A stretch of 63,906 nt of DNA, the filler included, from Acidimicrobiia bacterium (GTDB taxonomy: Bacteria > Actinomycetota > Acidimicrobiia > Spongiisociales > JAENVV01), in NCBI GenBank assembly GCA_041577335.1. It is 3 parts of 3 records of this genome, joined end to end, with 100 filler letters (N's around TTAATTAATTAA, not from the genome) between each part and the next. Parts side by side here need not be neighbours in the genome. Positions count along the whole stretch, not along the records: positions 1 to 30,609 come from JBFGJH010000039.1; 2 more parts are not named here. One strand, 5' to 3'. This document shows, piece by piece, positions 19,323-29,372 of the stretch (position 1 is the first letter of the stretch; every line of letters begins with the position of its first letter). Made by a program: the position numbers and the translations under genes. The notes beneath the pieces were generated by a model. The model saw only the letters and a program-made list of their open reading frames with translations, was not told the origin of the DNA and ran no database searches.

Positions 19323-21512
19323 ATGTCGGCCGGTCATTTCTCCTATTCGGGATCGAGCGTCCCCTTCGAAGATGGCGATTCGATCCTGCTGGCTTTGACA
19401 CGGGCGGGCGTCCACCCCACCGGCGGGGGGTGCCTGTGCTTTGCGGGAGACTGTCCGCATTGTTTGGGCACCGTCGACGGTGTCTCGTATGTCCGCACCT
19501 GCCAAGTCCCGGCGGCCGAGCTGCAAGTCGTATTCCCGCACCCCTTGGATGGCAGCGAACCACAGCTGCCCACAGAAGGGGGCCCTGCCACCACCCCGGT
19601 CGAGTATCGCCATGTAGATGTCGTGATCATTGGGGGCGGAGAGAGCGGTCGCCGGTCCGAGTTGGCAGCTTTGGCGCAGAACCAGACGGTCGCGCTTTTC
19701 GATGCAGGCCGGGGGGAAGAGGTGATCGGTATCTATCCGGGTCCGGTGGTGGTCATTCGGTCTGCGGCTGGGATGATCCACATCGGATGCCAAGAAGTGG
19801 TGGTGGCCACTGGCGCCTCGGAAATCCAACCCGCCTGCCCCGGCAACGATCTGGGCGGCATCGTCACTGCCAGGGCAGCAGAGCTGTTGCACGAAGCAGG
19901 GGTTGATCTTGGCAGGAGCGTCGCCGTTGGATCGCCTCCGCACGGAGTTCCCGACACGCCTGTCGAGGGCCGGCTGGTTCGTTTTGAAGGCACCGATCGG
20001 GTCGAGGCGGTCGTCGTAGAAGTGAACGGCGACGAGGTCCGGCACCCGTGTGAGGCCGCCATTGTGGGCCTCGGCCTGTACCCACGTGATGGGTTGGCTC
20101 GCATGGGCAACGGACTCCCGGTTTCAGTGGTAGGCGAGGCGAGCGCCGAGCCCACCATTCCGCCGCCGCCGCAATCCGGCACGGTGTGCCCCTGCTCGGA
20201 CGTGACGGTTGCTGATCTCGAGTCGGTATGGGAGCGAGGGTTTCATGAGCTCGAGCTCGTGAAACGCGCCACCTTGGCCGGTACTGGCACATGTCAAGGC
20301 GCCGTATGCCTCCCCCACATCCGGAGTTTCCTCAACGACCGCGGAGCGGAGCTCCCTGCGCCATTCACGGCCCGGCCCGTATCCCGCCAGCTCACGTTGG
20401 GCGAAGTCGCTGCCGGCAACCATCATCCTTCCTTTCCCCGGACGGCGCTCGACCCGGTCCACAGGGAAATGGGCGCCGAGATGGACCGGATCGGCGGATG
20501 GTGGAGACCATGGACCTACGGCGACCTCCGCGCCGAGTACGACGCGGTCCGCCAACGGGTCTCCATCGGAGACGTGTCCACGTTGGGCAAGATGCGCGTG
20601 ACCGGACCCGATGCAGAAGCCTTCCTCCAGTTGATCTACCCCACCGACGTCGCATCGATCCGTCCGGGACGATCCCGCTATGTGTTGATGCTCAACGAAG
20701 CCGGCTACATCTTCGACGACGGGCTGGTGAGCCGTGAGCTCAACAACACCTTCTCGCTCACCTTCACATCGGGAGGTGCCAGTCACTCCGAGATGTGGAT
20801 GCGCGACTGGGGCAGCTCGTACGACGTGAGGATCTACAACCGGACGACGTCGCTGGGCGCAATCAATGTCACCGGGCCCTTGGCGTCCGAGCTTGTTCGC
20901 CGGGCCGGAGCCGATGAGCTACCCCCCTACATGGGTCATGCGAGTGCCGTCGTGGCGGGCGTCCCGTGCCAAGTGTTCCGGTTGAGTTTCACCGGCGAAG
21001 TGTCGTTCGAGCTACACCATCCGGTGGATCGGTCGGTGGAGTTGTGGGAGACCCTCATGGAGCTCGGTGCGGACATGGGCATCCTCCCCCACGGCCTCCA
21101 GGCGCTGGAACTGCTTCGCCTCGAGAAAGGCCACATTCTGGTGGGCCTCGACACGGACTACGACTCGACCCCGAGGCGCATTCACCATGACTGGGCCGTG
21201 AACATGGACAAAGGCGACTTCCTCGGGAGGGCGTCCCTGCTGCGCACCGACCAGATTCCACTCGACCGGATGCTCGTCGGCCTGGAAATGGAGAGGCAGC
21301 CCGTCGATGGTGCGTCGCTGCACCTCGACGGGGAATACGTTGGCTATGTGACCTCGTCCGGATGGTCGTGGACAATGGACAAAGCTGTCATGCTCGCCCA
21401 GCTCAACCTGGTGGGCGGTGAGTTGCCTGATGCGGTGATGGTCGAAGGAATGCTGGCTCGGCGAGTCCCAGTGCCGTTCTACGACCCCGATGGAGCGCGC
21501 GCCCGTGCTTGA
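19323..21512 (+). CDS. Sarcosine oxidase alpha-like subunit (Fe-S/NAD-binding + GcvT-like folate-binding domain)
   Basis: [22 protein letters not shown]...[40 protein letters not shown]. Confidence 0.8.
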   Translation: MSAGHFSYSGSSVPFEDGDSILLALTRAGVHPTGGGCLCFAGDCPHCLGTVDGVSYVRTCQVPAAELQVVFPHPLDGSEPQLPTEGGPATTPVEYRHVDVVIIGGGESGRRSELAALAQNQTVALFDAGRGEEVIGIYPGPVVVIRSAAGMIHIGCQEVVVATGASEIQPACPGNDLGGIVTARAAELLHEAGVDLGRSVAVGSPPHGVPDTPVEGRLVRFEGTDRVEAVVVEVNGDEVRHPCEAAIVGLGLYPRDGLARMGNGLPVSVVGEASAEPTIPPPPQSGTVCPCSDVTVADLESVWERGFHELELVKRATLAGTGTCQGAVCLPHIRSFLNDRGAELPAPFTARPVSRQLTLGEVAAGNHHPSFPRTALDPVHREMGAEMDRIGGWWRPWTYGDLRAEYDAVRQRVSIGDVSTLGKMRVTGPDAEAFLQLIYPTDVASIRPGRSRYVLMLNEAGYIFDDGLVSRELNNTFSLTFTSGGASHSEMWMRDWGSSYDVRIYNRTTSLGAINVTGPLASELVRRAGADELPPYMGHASAVVAGVPCQVFRLSFTGEVSFELHHPVDRSVELWETLMELGADMGILPHGLQALELLRLEKGHILVGLDTDYDSTPRRIHHDWAVNMDKGDFLGRASLLRTDQIPLDRMLVGLEMERQPVDGASLHLDGEYVGYVTSSGWSWTMDKAVMLAQLNLVGGELPDAVMVEGMLARRVPVPFYDPDGARARA

Positions 21513-21894
21513 GCCGCTCGACTGTGTCCGGGTGGTCACTACACCGGCGGCCCTCGCCGGGGCGGCGTGGTCGCCCGAGGTCGTTGTGTTGCGCACCGCT
21601 CCCGATGAGGCCATCGTCGTCGGCTCGGACGTTCCGCCGCTCGACGACCCCCACGCGATCATCGAGTCGGACCGAGGTTGGCACGGCGCGTGGGTTGAGA
21701 TCTCCGCCGCCGAGACGTTCTTGGCATCGGCGGCCGATTGGTCCCTGCCCGAGCAGCGGCCGGCGCTGGCACAGGGGATGGTCGCGGGACTCTCTGTGAA
21801 GGTCTGGATCGATTCCGAGCGCGCCTTGTTCGTGGTGTCGCATACGGTTGCCGACGAGCTCATCGAACGCCTCCCGCCCGGGTGGCTGTCATGA
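21505..21894 (+). CDS. Sarcosine oxidase gamma-like small subunit
   Basis: LRTAPDE motif; overlaps both neighbours. Confidence 0.55.
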   Translation: MLEPLDCVRVVTTPAALAGAAWSPEVVVLRTAPDEAIVVGSDVPPLDDPHAIIESDRGWHGAWVEISAAETFLASAADWSLPEQRPALAQGMVAGLSVKVWIDSERALFVVSHTVADELIERLPPGWLS

Positions 21895-23102
21895 ATGAGT
21901 TCATCGAAGCCAAGGTTGCCCTCTCGTGGGCGGAAATGAAGGCGGCCTATGACGTCGTGATCATCGGAGGCGGTGGCCATGGTCTCGCCACTGCGTACTA
22001 CCTCGCCACTCGACACGGCATCACCAACGTTGCCGTCCTCGAGCGAAAGTACATCGGTGGCGGCAACAGCGGTCGCAACACCACTGTGATTCGGGCGAAC
22101 TACGGGATCCCTGAAGCAGTGCAGTTCTACAAGCACTCGGTGGACCTCTACAGAGACCTCGAGCGGGAAACCGACCGGTGGATCATGCACGATCAAAAAG
22201 GAATTCTCTGGGCGGTGCACACGCACGCCGGGGTCCGTCAAGAGAAGTCGCGAGCGATCATCAATCAGGAGTTCGGCTATCACACCGAATTCTTGGAGCC
22301 GAATGAGATCAAGAAGCTCGTTCCCCAGATCGACCTGAACGCCGGCGAGGGCCGGTTTCCCATCTTGGGGGCGTCCTACAGTCCGGATGCATCCACCGCC
22401 CGCCATGATCGCGTGATCTGGGCGCTCGCCGAGGGTGCGATGCGCGCCGGCGTCGACGTGCTCCAGCGAACCGAGGTGACCGGGCTCGTCAAGGACGGCA
22501 ACGCAATCGTGGGAGTCGAGACAAACCGAGGAACCATCTCTGCCCCCATCGTCATGTCGGCTGTCGGAGGTCATGTCACGAACATTGCCAACATGGCGGG
22601 CCTCCGCCTGCCCATCCGGAGCCATCCACTCCAGGCGTTCGTCACCAACCACTATGCCCAGGGATTCGATCGGATCGTCGCTTCTCTCGACCTGGGTTTC
22701 TACATCAGCCAGACCGCCCGCGGAGAGATGCTGGCGGGTGCGCATATCGACCCACAACCAAGCTATTCGTACCGATCCGGCGAGCATTTCCTCACTTCGC
22801 TCGCTCACAAGGTGGTCACGCTCCTGCCGTTCATGCGAGACTTGCGGGTGTTGCGCCAATGGACCGGTATCTGTGACATGTCGCCCGATTACTCACCCAT
22901 CATGGGCACCACCGACGTCGACGGCTTCGTCGTCAGCACCGGGTGGGGCACCTGGGGATTCAAGGCCATACCGGCGGGCGGTGAAGCGATGGCCGAACTG
23001 ATCGCCACGGGCAAGACTCCGCAGCTGATTGCTCCATTCGGGCTGGATCGGTTCGCGCGCGATCGAACGCTCGCCGACCGAAGCTCCTCGGGAACGCACT
23101 GA
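21891..23102 (+). CDS. soxB: Sarcosine oxidase beta subunit (FAD-dependent)
   Basis: GGGGHGLATAYYLA, GGGNSGRNTTVIRANY, TARHD, GWGTWGFKAIP. Confidence 0.88.
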   Translation: MNEFIEAKVALSWAEMKAAYDVVIIGGGGHGLATAYYLATRHGITNVAVLERKYIGGGNSGRNTTVIRANYGIPEAVQFYKHSVDLYRDLERETDRWIMHDQKGILWAVHTHAGVRQEKSRAIINQEFGYHTEFLEPNEIKKLVPQIDLNAGEGRFPILGASYSPDASTARHDRVIWALAEGAMRAGVDVLQRTEVTGLVKDGNAIVGVETNRGTISAPIVMSAVGGHVTNIANMAGLRLPIRSHPLQAFVTNHYAQGFDRIVASLDLGFYISQTARGEMLAGAHIDPQPSYSYRSGEHFLTSLAHKVVTLLPFMRDLRVLRQWTGICDMSPDYSPIMGTTDVDGFVVSTGWGTWGFKAIPAGGEAMAELIATGKTPQLIAPFGLDRFARDRTLADRSSSGTH

Positions 23103-23127
23103 TGCGCATCGACGAGGGTGCGGGAGC

Positions 23128-23361
23128 ATGAGCCTGCGGATTCCTTGTCCTCATTGCGGGATGCGACGAGTGGAAGAGTACGCCTACGGAGAGGTGTTCG
23201 ACGTGCCCGACTCGGTCACCGGTGGCGACGCCGTTGCATTCGACCGGGCTTTCATGCACAACAATGCCGAAGGACCCGTCCGCGAGGCATGGTTTCATCT
23301 CTACGGGTGCCGCCGCTGGGTGTATGTCGACCGTGATACGAGAACCGACGAGGTTCTCTAG
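23128..23361 (+). CDS. soxD: Sarcosine oxidase delta subunit
   Basis: CPHCG...WFHLYGCRRW Zn ligands, RDTRTDEV. Confidence 0.85.
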   Translation: MSLRIPCPHCGMRRVEEYAYGEVFDVPDSVTGGDAVAFDRAFMHNNAEGPVREAWFHLYGCRRWVYVDRDTRTDEVL

Positions 23362-23385
23362 GACAGTCCATTGCCGTGCCATCAG

Positions 23386-23419
23386 GTGAGGTCGCCCACA
23401 CAAAGTGGGCGATCCTCAC
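23386..23419. terminator. Hairpin after the sox operon
   Basis: GTGAGGTCGCCCAC-ACAAA-GTGGGCGATCCTCAC. Confidence 0.5.
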
Positions 23420-23538
23420 GCTGAGTGACTAGTCCGTTTGGGTGGATTCCCTTTGATTCTCGGGGTTTTGGCGGTTTGTGCCGATACAAGGGGGAAGATG
23501 TCATCTACGCGGGGCACAAAAACAGGGGAGTGGGGGCT

Positions 23539-25077
23539 ATGGGCATGAGAAATTCGAGATTCAAACATCTGGTCGCGTTGATTGCGGCGCTGTTGATGTT
23601 TGGCACGTCACTGCCGGCACTAGCCGCAGAAGGAGCGCCGTCCGGCGTTGCGGCCGGTTGGGAGGACGCCAGCACGAAGAAGTTGGCCGCCGAGGAAGAG
23701 CCCGGTTCGGTGTTCTGGATAGCCCACCACACGGTCGAAGCCTCCGACTACTGGGACGCCGGCTTCACCGGTGCCGGCGTCGACATCGCCCTCATCGACA
23801 CCGGTGTCGCTCCTGTCAAGCACGTCAACGCAAAAACCGGCCTTTTCAACGGGCCGGATCTCTCATTTGAGTCGCAAGCAGATGATTTGCGCTACACCGA
23901 CAACAACGGTCACGGAACACATTTGGCCGGGATCATGGCGGGTCGACACGGCGAGGAGCCGGTTGCCTCAGATTCGCCGAAACGATTCTTGGGGATCGCA
24001 CCCGACTCGCGTGTGCTCAACGTCAAGGCGGGAAGCGCCAACGGCGCCGTCGATGTCTCACAAGTGATCGCCGCCATCGAATGGGTGGTTGAACACAAGC
24101 AGGACAACGGCCTCAACATCCGTGTGCTCAACCTCGCCTATGGGACGGATGGCGTGCAGTCGTGGGAGACGGATCCTCTTGCCTACGCAGTACAGAACGC
24201 CTGGGATGCCGGCATCGTGGTCGTCGTCGCAGCCGGCAATGACGGCAACGATGGGCCGCTCCGGAATCCGGCCACCAACCCGTCGGTGATTGCGGTGGGC
24301 TCATCCACCAACAATGCAACCCCGACATCGGCCGACGATCACCTGTCGGCGTTCTCGAGTTGCGGTACGACCGCCCGGCCCGTCGACGTCCTCGCTCCCG
24401 GGAAGTCGATTGTCAGCTTGCGAGCACCGGGCTCCTACGCGGATGTGAACTATCCCGAGGCCCGCATTGGCAAAGACTTCTTTGTGGGCTCGGGCACGAG
24501 CCAATCGGCCGCCGTCGTGTCCGGGGCCGCGGCACTCATCATCGATCAGCGTCCGGATATCAGCCCCGACGAGGTCAAGTCCCTGCTCACGTCCACCGCA
24601 CAACCGCTCTCTGGGCCCAGTCCCTCATGCCAGGGCGGAGGCGTCGTCAACCTCGGAAACGCGCTCAACGCTGAAACGCCAAGCAACAGTCAGTCGCACG
24701 GCCTGGCGACTGGCCTGGGAACTCTCGAGGGAGCCCGCGGCTCCGCTCACGTAGCGCTCAACGGCCACATACTCGAAGGCGAACAGGACATCTTTGGGAA
24801 CTCATGGATTCCGTGCGGTTCTGCCACTACTTCATTGACCTCAATCGCAGAGGAGCTCAACGATGCGCAACCAGACTGCAAGACGGCGGCAACGAGCCAC
24901 TGGCAAGAAGGCGGCTACTGGAACGGCGCCCAGTGGACGGGTGTCACGTGGTCTGGCGTCACTTGGTCGAGCGTTACCTGGTCTGGCGTCACTTGGTCTG
25001 GTGTCACCTGGTCGGGTGTGACCTGGTCGGGTGTCACGTGGTCTGGAGTGACGTGGTCGGGTGACGCCTGGAACTGA
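23539..25077 (+). CDS. Secreted S8 (subtilisin-like) peptidase with C-terminal WSGVT repeats
   Basis: Signal peptide; triad IDTG, HGTHLAG, GTSQSA; oxyanion AAGN. Confidence 0.9.
   Translation: MGMRNSRFKHLVALIAALLMFGTSLPALAAEGAPSGVAAGWEDASTKKLAAEEEPGSVFWIAHHTVEASDYWDAGFTGAGVDIALIDTGVAPVKHVNAKTGLFNGPDLSFESQADDLRYTDNNGHGTHLAGIMAGRHGEEPVASDSPKRFLGIAPDSRVLNVKAGSANGAVDVSQVIAAIEWVVEHKQDNGLNIRVLNLAYGTDGVQSWETDPLAYAVQNAWDAGIVVVVAAGNDGNDGPLRNPATNPSVIAVGSSTNNATPTSADDHLSAFSSCGTTARPVDVLAPGKSIVSLRAPGSYADVNYPEARIGKDFFVGSGTSQSAAVVSGAAALIIDQRPDISPDEVKSLLTSTAQPLSGPSPSCQGGGVVNLGNALNAETPSNSQSHGLATGLGTLEGARGSAHVALNGHILEGEQDIFGNSWIPCGSATTSLTSIAEELNDAQPDCKTAATSHWQEGGYWNGAQWTGVTWSGVTWSSVTWSGVTWSGVTWSGVTWSGVTWSGVTWSGDAWN
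24919..25074 (+). repeat. Coding 15-bp tandem repeat, (W-S-G-V-T) about x10
   Basis: Eleven TGG codons at exact 15-nt spacing, with synonymous variation between units. Confidence 0.95.
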
Positions 25078-25149
25078 GGTGCTGCGTCGGCGTCTGCATG
25101 CATTTCTGCGCGCCGGTAGTGTGCGGGTCCAGTCACTCGGGAGGACTCG

Positions 25150-27045
25150 TTGGGCCGTTACGCCGACCTCTACGCCGCTTCGCTCACCGACCCTGATGGG
25201 TTCTGGGAGCAAGCTGCAGGGGACATCGACTGGGATGTGCCGCCGCAAGTCATTCTCGACGCCGAGGCGGCTCCGCTCTATCGGTGGTACTCCGACGGGC
25301 GGCTGAACACCTGCCACAACGCGTTGGACCGCCATGTTGAAGGCGGCCGGGCCGATCAAGTCGCTCTGGTGTACGACAGCCCGGTTACCGGCACTTCCCG
25401 GACCTACACCTACCGCGCCCTTCGCGACGAGGTCGCCCGGCTGGCCGGCGGCCTTGCTTCGCTGGGAGTCGGCAAAGGCGATCGAGTCATCATCTACATG
25501 CCCATGGTCCCCGAGGCCGTGATGGCCATGCTGGCGTGCGCCCGGATCGGCGCGGTCCACTCGGTGGTGTTCGGTGGCTTCGCCGCCAACGAGCTGGCCA
25601 CCCGGATCGACGATGCCCAGCCGAAGGTGATCCTGTCGGCCTCGTGCGGCATCGAGCCGGGCCGCCTCGTCGAATACAAGCCTCTGCTCGATGAAGCGAT
25701 CGAGCTCGCCGATCACAAGCCTGACCACTGCGTGGTGCTACAACGCCCGCAGTTGATGGCGCCCATGGGCCCGATTGACCGCGACTGGACAGAGCTGGTC
25801 GAAGGCTCGCCCGCCGCCGACTGCGTGTCGGTTGCCGCCACCGACCCGCTGTACATCCTCTACACATCGGGCACTACCGGAGAACCGAAAGGCGTGGTGC
25901 GCGACAACGGCGGCCATGCGGTCGCGCTGGCCTGGTCGATGAGTAACCTCTACGGCGTCCAGCCCGGTGATGTGTACTGGGCGGCATCCGATGTTGGTTG
26001 GGTGGTCGGCCACTCGTACATCGTCTACGGGCCCCTGATCCATGGGTGTACCACCGTCCTGTACGAGGGAAAGCCGGTTGGCACGCCCGACCCGGGAGCG
26101 TTTTGGCGTGTGATATCCGATCACTCGGTCAACGTCCTGTTCACCGCCCCGACGGCCTTTCGGGCCATCAAGCGAGATGATCCCGAAGCAACGCATATGG
26201 GGCCATACGATCTCGCATCGTTGCGGACGCTGTTTCTCGCCGGCGAGCGGTGCGATCCGGACACGCTGCATTGGGCCGAGGATCGCCTGGGTGTGCCGGT
26301 GATCGATCACTGGTGGCAGACCGAGACGGGCTGGCCGATCGTCTGCAACCCGATCGGAGTCGAGGCGTTCCCGGTGAAACCGGGATCGCCAACCCTTCCC
26401 GTCCCTGGCTACGACGTGCGAGTCCTCGATGGCGACGGCGCCGAAGTGAGCCCGGGGACGATCGGGGCAATCGTCGTGAAACTTCCGCTTCCGCCGGGGA
26501 CCCTGCCGACCCTGTGGAACGCGGACGACCGGTACCGGGCGGCCTACCTCGACCGTTATCCCGGCTACTACCTGACGGCCGATGCCGGCTTCAAAGACGA
26601 CGATGGCTACGTCCACATCATGAGCCGGATCGACGACATCATCAACGTCGCTGGGCATCGCCTTTCCACCGGGGCCATCGAAGAGGTCTTGGCTGAGCAC
26701 CCCGACGTCGCCGAATGCGCCGTCATAGGCGTCGCCGACCAGCTGAAAGGCCAACTCCCTCTCGGCTTCGTCGTGCTGCAGGCGGGCGCAACGCGTGACG
26801 CTGCAGAGGTGGAGTCCGAGCTGGTGGCCCTCGTGCGCGAGCGGATCGGCCCGGTGGCGTCGTTCAAGCAGGCGTCGGTCGTCAACCGGTTGCCCAAAAC
26901 CAGGTCGGGCAAGATCCTTCGGGGGACGATGAGGAGTATCGCCGACGGCCAACCGTGGAAGATGCCCGCCACGATCGATGACCCGGCAATCCTCGACGAG
27001 GTGGCGGAATCGCTGCGCCAGATCGGCTACCCGCCACCCGAGTGA
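25150..27045 (+). CDS. prpE: Propionyl-CoA synthetase
   Basis: YTSGTTGEPKG, FLAGERCDP, DHWWQTETG, INVAGHRLSTG, LPKTRSGKILR, PATIDDP. Confidence 0.85.
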   Translation: MGRYADLYAASLTDPDGFWEQAAGDIDWDVPPQVILDAEAAPLYRWYSDGRLNTCHNALDRHVEGGRADQVALVYDSPVTGTSRTYTYRALRDEVARLAGGLASLGVGKGDRVIIYMPMVPEAVMAMLACARIGAVHSVVFGGFAANELATRIDDAQPKVILSASCGIEPGRLVEYKPLLDEAIELADHKPDHCVVLQRPQLMAPMGPIDRDWTELVEGSPAADCVSVAATDPLYILYTSGTTGEPKGVVRDNGGHAVALAWSMSNLYGVQPGDVYWAASDVGWVVGHSYIVYGPLIHGCTTVLYEGKPVGTPDPGAFWRVISDHSVNVLFTAPTAFRAIKRDDPEATHMGPYDLASLRTLFLAGERCDPDTLHWAEDRLGVPVIDHWWQTETGWPIVCNPIGVEAFPVKPGSPTLPVPGYDVRVLDGDGAEVSPGTIGAIVVKLPLPPGTLPTLWNADDRYRAAYLDRYPGYYLTADAGFKDDDGYVHIMSRIDDIINVAGHRLSTGAIEEVLAEHPDVAECAVIGVADQLKGQLPLGFVVLQAGATRDAAEVESELVALVRERIGPVASFKQASVVNRLPKTRSGKILRGTMRSIADGQPWKMPATIDDPAILDEVAESLRQIGYPPPE

Positions 27046-27087
27046 ATAATGGCGTACACTGGACCTCGGCGAGGCAAGAGGCATTTT

Positions 27088-27117
27088 GAGACAGGCTCCC
27101 TGCGGGGAGCCTGTCTC
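27088..27117. terminator. Hairpin between convergent prpE and MMPL genes
   Basis: Perfect 13-bp stem GAGACAGGCTCCC-TGCG-GGGAGCCTGTCTC. Confidence 0.75.
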
Positions 27118-27119
27118 TG

Positions 27120-29258
27120 TCAGTTGGCCGGTTCCGGTCGGTGCCGCGCCTGTTGGGCGACGGCGTCCTTGGGCATGAGAGCCGGGATGATGAGCAACGT
27201 CGAGAGGGCTGCCGTCATCATCGATACCCACATGATCATGCTGATCTGGCTGTGTGGTTTGAGTGGCGAGATCCAGAGCGCAGTGAGGGCGACTGCTATG
27301 CCGAGGGCGTTGGCGATGATGGGGCGTCCCACGCGCTCGATGGCACGCAACACGTAGCCGGGGCCCTCGGGGCGCGCATGCTCGATGGCGGCGATGTAGT
27401 GGATGGCATAGTCGATGCCGACTCCGATGACGATGCTCGACACGATGGCGGTGATTAGGTTCAGGTTGATGCCTGCTGCTGCAATGAATCCCAGCAACAC
27501 TGCCGTTGTCAGTGCGATCGGAATCAAAGCGATGAGCGTCTGTCCGACTCGGCGATACGACAGCCCCAACATGATGGCTACGAGCGTAAACGCGGCAATC
27601 ACAGATACCACCTGGGCCTGGAGCACCAGGCGGGCCGTCTCGTCCCACAGGACCGGCATTCCGGTGAGAACTCGCACTTCGGAGTGGGTGTCGGCATAGT
27701 CCACCCAGCCCCGCAAGTCGTCGGAGTCGAATTCCCCGGGGAACAATGCGAACCTGAGGCCATCGGCCGACACCATATCCCCGAGGGGAAGCAGCGCCTC
27801 TTCGTTGAGAAATGCCTGTAGCTGGGGCCCCGGGAGCGCCTGAAGATCGGCAACCGAGAACACCTTTCGCACGCCGGGAAGGCTCTCGATCTCAGCCGAC
27901 GTCGCGGCAACCGCATCGAGTCCGGCGACGCCATCGGCGGCGTCCCACGCAAACTCGCCAACGAGGGGTGTGGCACCACCGAAGGCTTCTTCGATGGCAT
28001 TGAATGCGAGGCGGACCTCGTTGTCCTCTTTGAAGAAAAACAGCTGGTCGGAATCGACCTCGATCTGGGGTATGAAAAAGACCGCAAAGAGAACGAGGAC
28101 GACACCCAGCACCAGCGCCGGGACCCTGGTCTTCACGAGCCGTTGGATCCCGGTGACGATGCGCGGACCGAGCAACGACGAGCGATGCGAAGCTTCCACC
28201 TGTGTGCGGCTCATCAGAGCTGGGAGCGAGAAGAAAGAGATGACGCCGGCGAGCGTGATTCCGATGGCGACGAACGCTCCCAATTGGCGGATGGGGCGGA
28301 CATCGGTGGCGAGCAGCGACAAGAACCCGGCTGACGTGGAGACGGTGGTCAGGATCATGGGAACACCCACCTGGCGCAGGGCCGACGAAACCCGCTCGTA
28401 CGGGTCGTCGGTTTGGGTCGCCTCCTCTTGGAAGTGGGTCACGAAATGGAGGCCGTCAGCCGAGCCCATCACGATCACGAAGACCGGGACGATGACCGTG
28501 ACGATATCTACCTCGAAACCCAGTCCGAAGATCACGCCGAAAGTCCACAGCGAACCAAGGATGGCCGGAATCACTGCGAATACCGTCAGGCGCCGGTCGC
28601 CGATGGCCGCGTAGAACGTGCCGAGGAGCAGGATCATGACCGCCGGCGGCAGGACGAGCAGAAACCAGCCCAGAAGATCGATCACCGATCCGAAGATGAC
28701 CGGATTGCCGGCCAACGTCACTTCCATTCCTTCCGGCGGTTCGACCTCTTGGAGGCGTCGAGCAAGGTCAATGCCATCGTCCTCCGGCACGACCACCATG
28801 AGCGAGGCCTGGCCGTCCTCAGTCAACAGCAGTGCAGCCACTGGGTTTTGTGCCATCAGTTGTGAGAGCACCGGCGCCGGCAGCGCGGCAATCGTTTCGG
28901 CATCGAGCGGCTGGCCGGTCAGTGGGTTCACCTCGGGGGCGATTGCGGCTACCGCGGCGACGCCGTCCTGATCCAAGTAGATGTCGCGAAGCTCGGCGAG
29001 GAGCGCCAACCCGGCGGGTTCGGTGAAGGTGGTTCCCGACGGGGCCGACACCAACACGTTGATGGGGTCGGCCGTGTCGTACTTCTCTTGGAGGGCAGCG
29101 AACTCCTCGCCGCGCTCGTTTCCCTCCAAGATGAACGAAGCAACGTCGGCGTTGAAATCGAGCCGGAACAGCATTCCAATGGAGAGGAGCGTGATCACAC
29201 CCGTGAGGGCAAGAACCTGTTTCGAATGGTCGACGATGATCCGAGCTATTGAGTCCAC
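27120..29258 (-). CDS. MMPL/RND-family transporter
   Basis: Two-fold TM repeat, GSADGLH and GVGIDYAIH motifs. Confidence 0.88.
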   Translation of the reverse strand: MDSIARIIVDHSKQVLALTGVITLLSIGMLFRLDFNADVASFILEGNERGEEFAALQEKYDTADPINVLVSAPSGTTFTEPAGLALLAELRDIYLDQDGVAAVAAIAPEVNPLTGQPLDAETIAALPAPVLSQLMAQNPVAALLLTEDGQASLMVVVPEDDGIDLARRLQEVEPPEGMEVTLAGNPVIFGSVIDLLGWFLLVLPPAVMILLLGTFYAAIGDRRLTVFAVIPAILGSLWTFGVIFGLGFEVDIVTVIVPVFVIVMGSADGLHFVTHFQEEATQTDDPYERVSSALRQVGVPMILTTVSTSAGFLSLLATDVRPIRQLGAFVAIGITLAGVISFFSLPALMSRTQVEASHRSSLLGPRIVTGIQRLVKTRVPALVLGVVLVLFAVFFIPQIEVDSDQLFFFKEDNEVRLAFNAIEEAFGGATPLVGEFAWDAADGVAGLDAVAATSAEIESLPGVRKVFSVADLQALPGPQLQAFLNEEALLPLGDMVSADGLRFALFPGEFDSDDLRGWVDYADTHSEVRVLTGMPVLWDETARLVLQAQVVSVIAAFTLVAIMLGLSYRRVGQTLIALIPIALTTAVLLGFIAAAGINLNLITAIVSSIVIGVGIDYAIHYIAAIEHARPEGPGYVLRAIERVGRPIIANALGIAVALTALWISPLKPHSQISMIMWVSMMTAALSTLLIIPALMPKDAVAQQARHRPEPAN

Positions 29259-29372
29259 GGAGCCAACCTAGTGGCATGTTGCAGGGTGGCGACGGCGCCT
29301 CGTTCTGCGGGGTTCCTGGCGGATGCGTTGTCTAGCGTGAGGGTTAGGCTGAGTACTCGGAAAGGGGGTTTC

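Noticed and set aside
24919..25074. CRISPR-like or slippage DNA repeat; antisense VTPDQ-repeat ORF
   Set aside because: No spacers, and variation is synonymous in the + frame, so it is a protein repeat; the antisense ORF is its shadow
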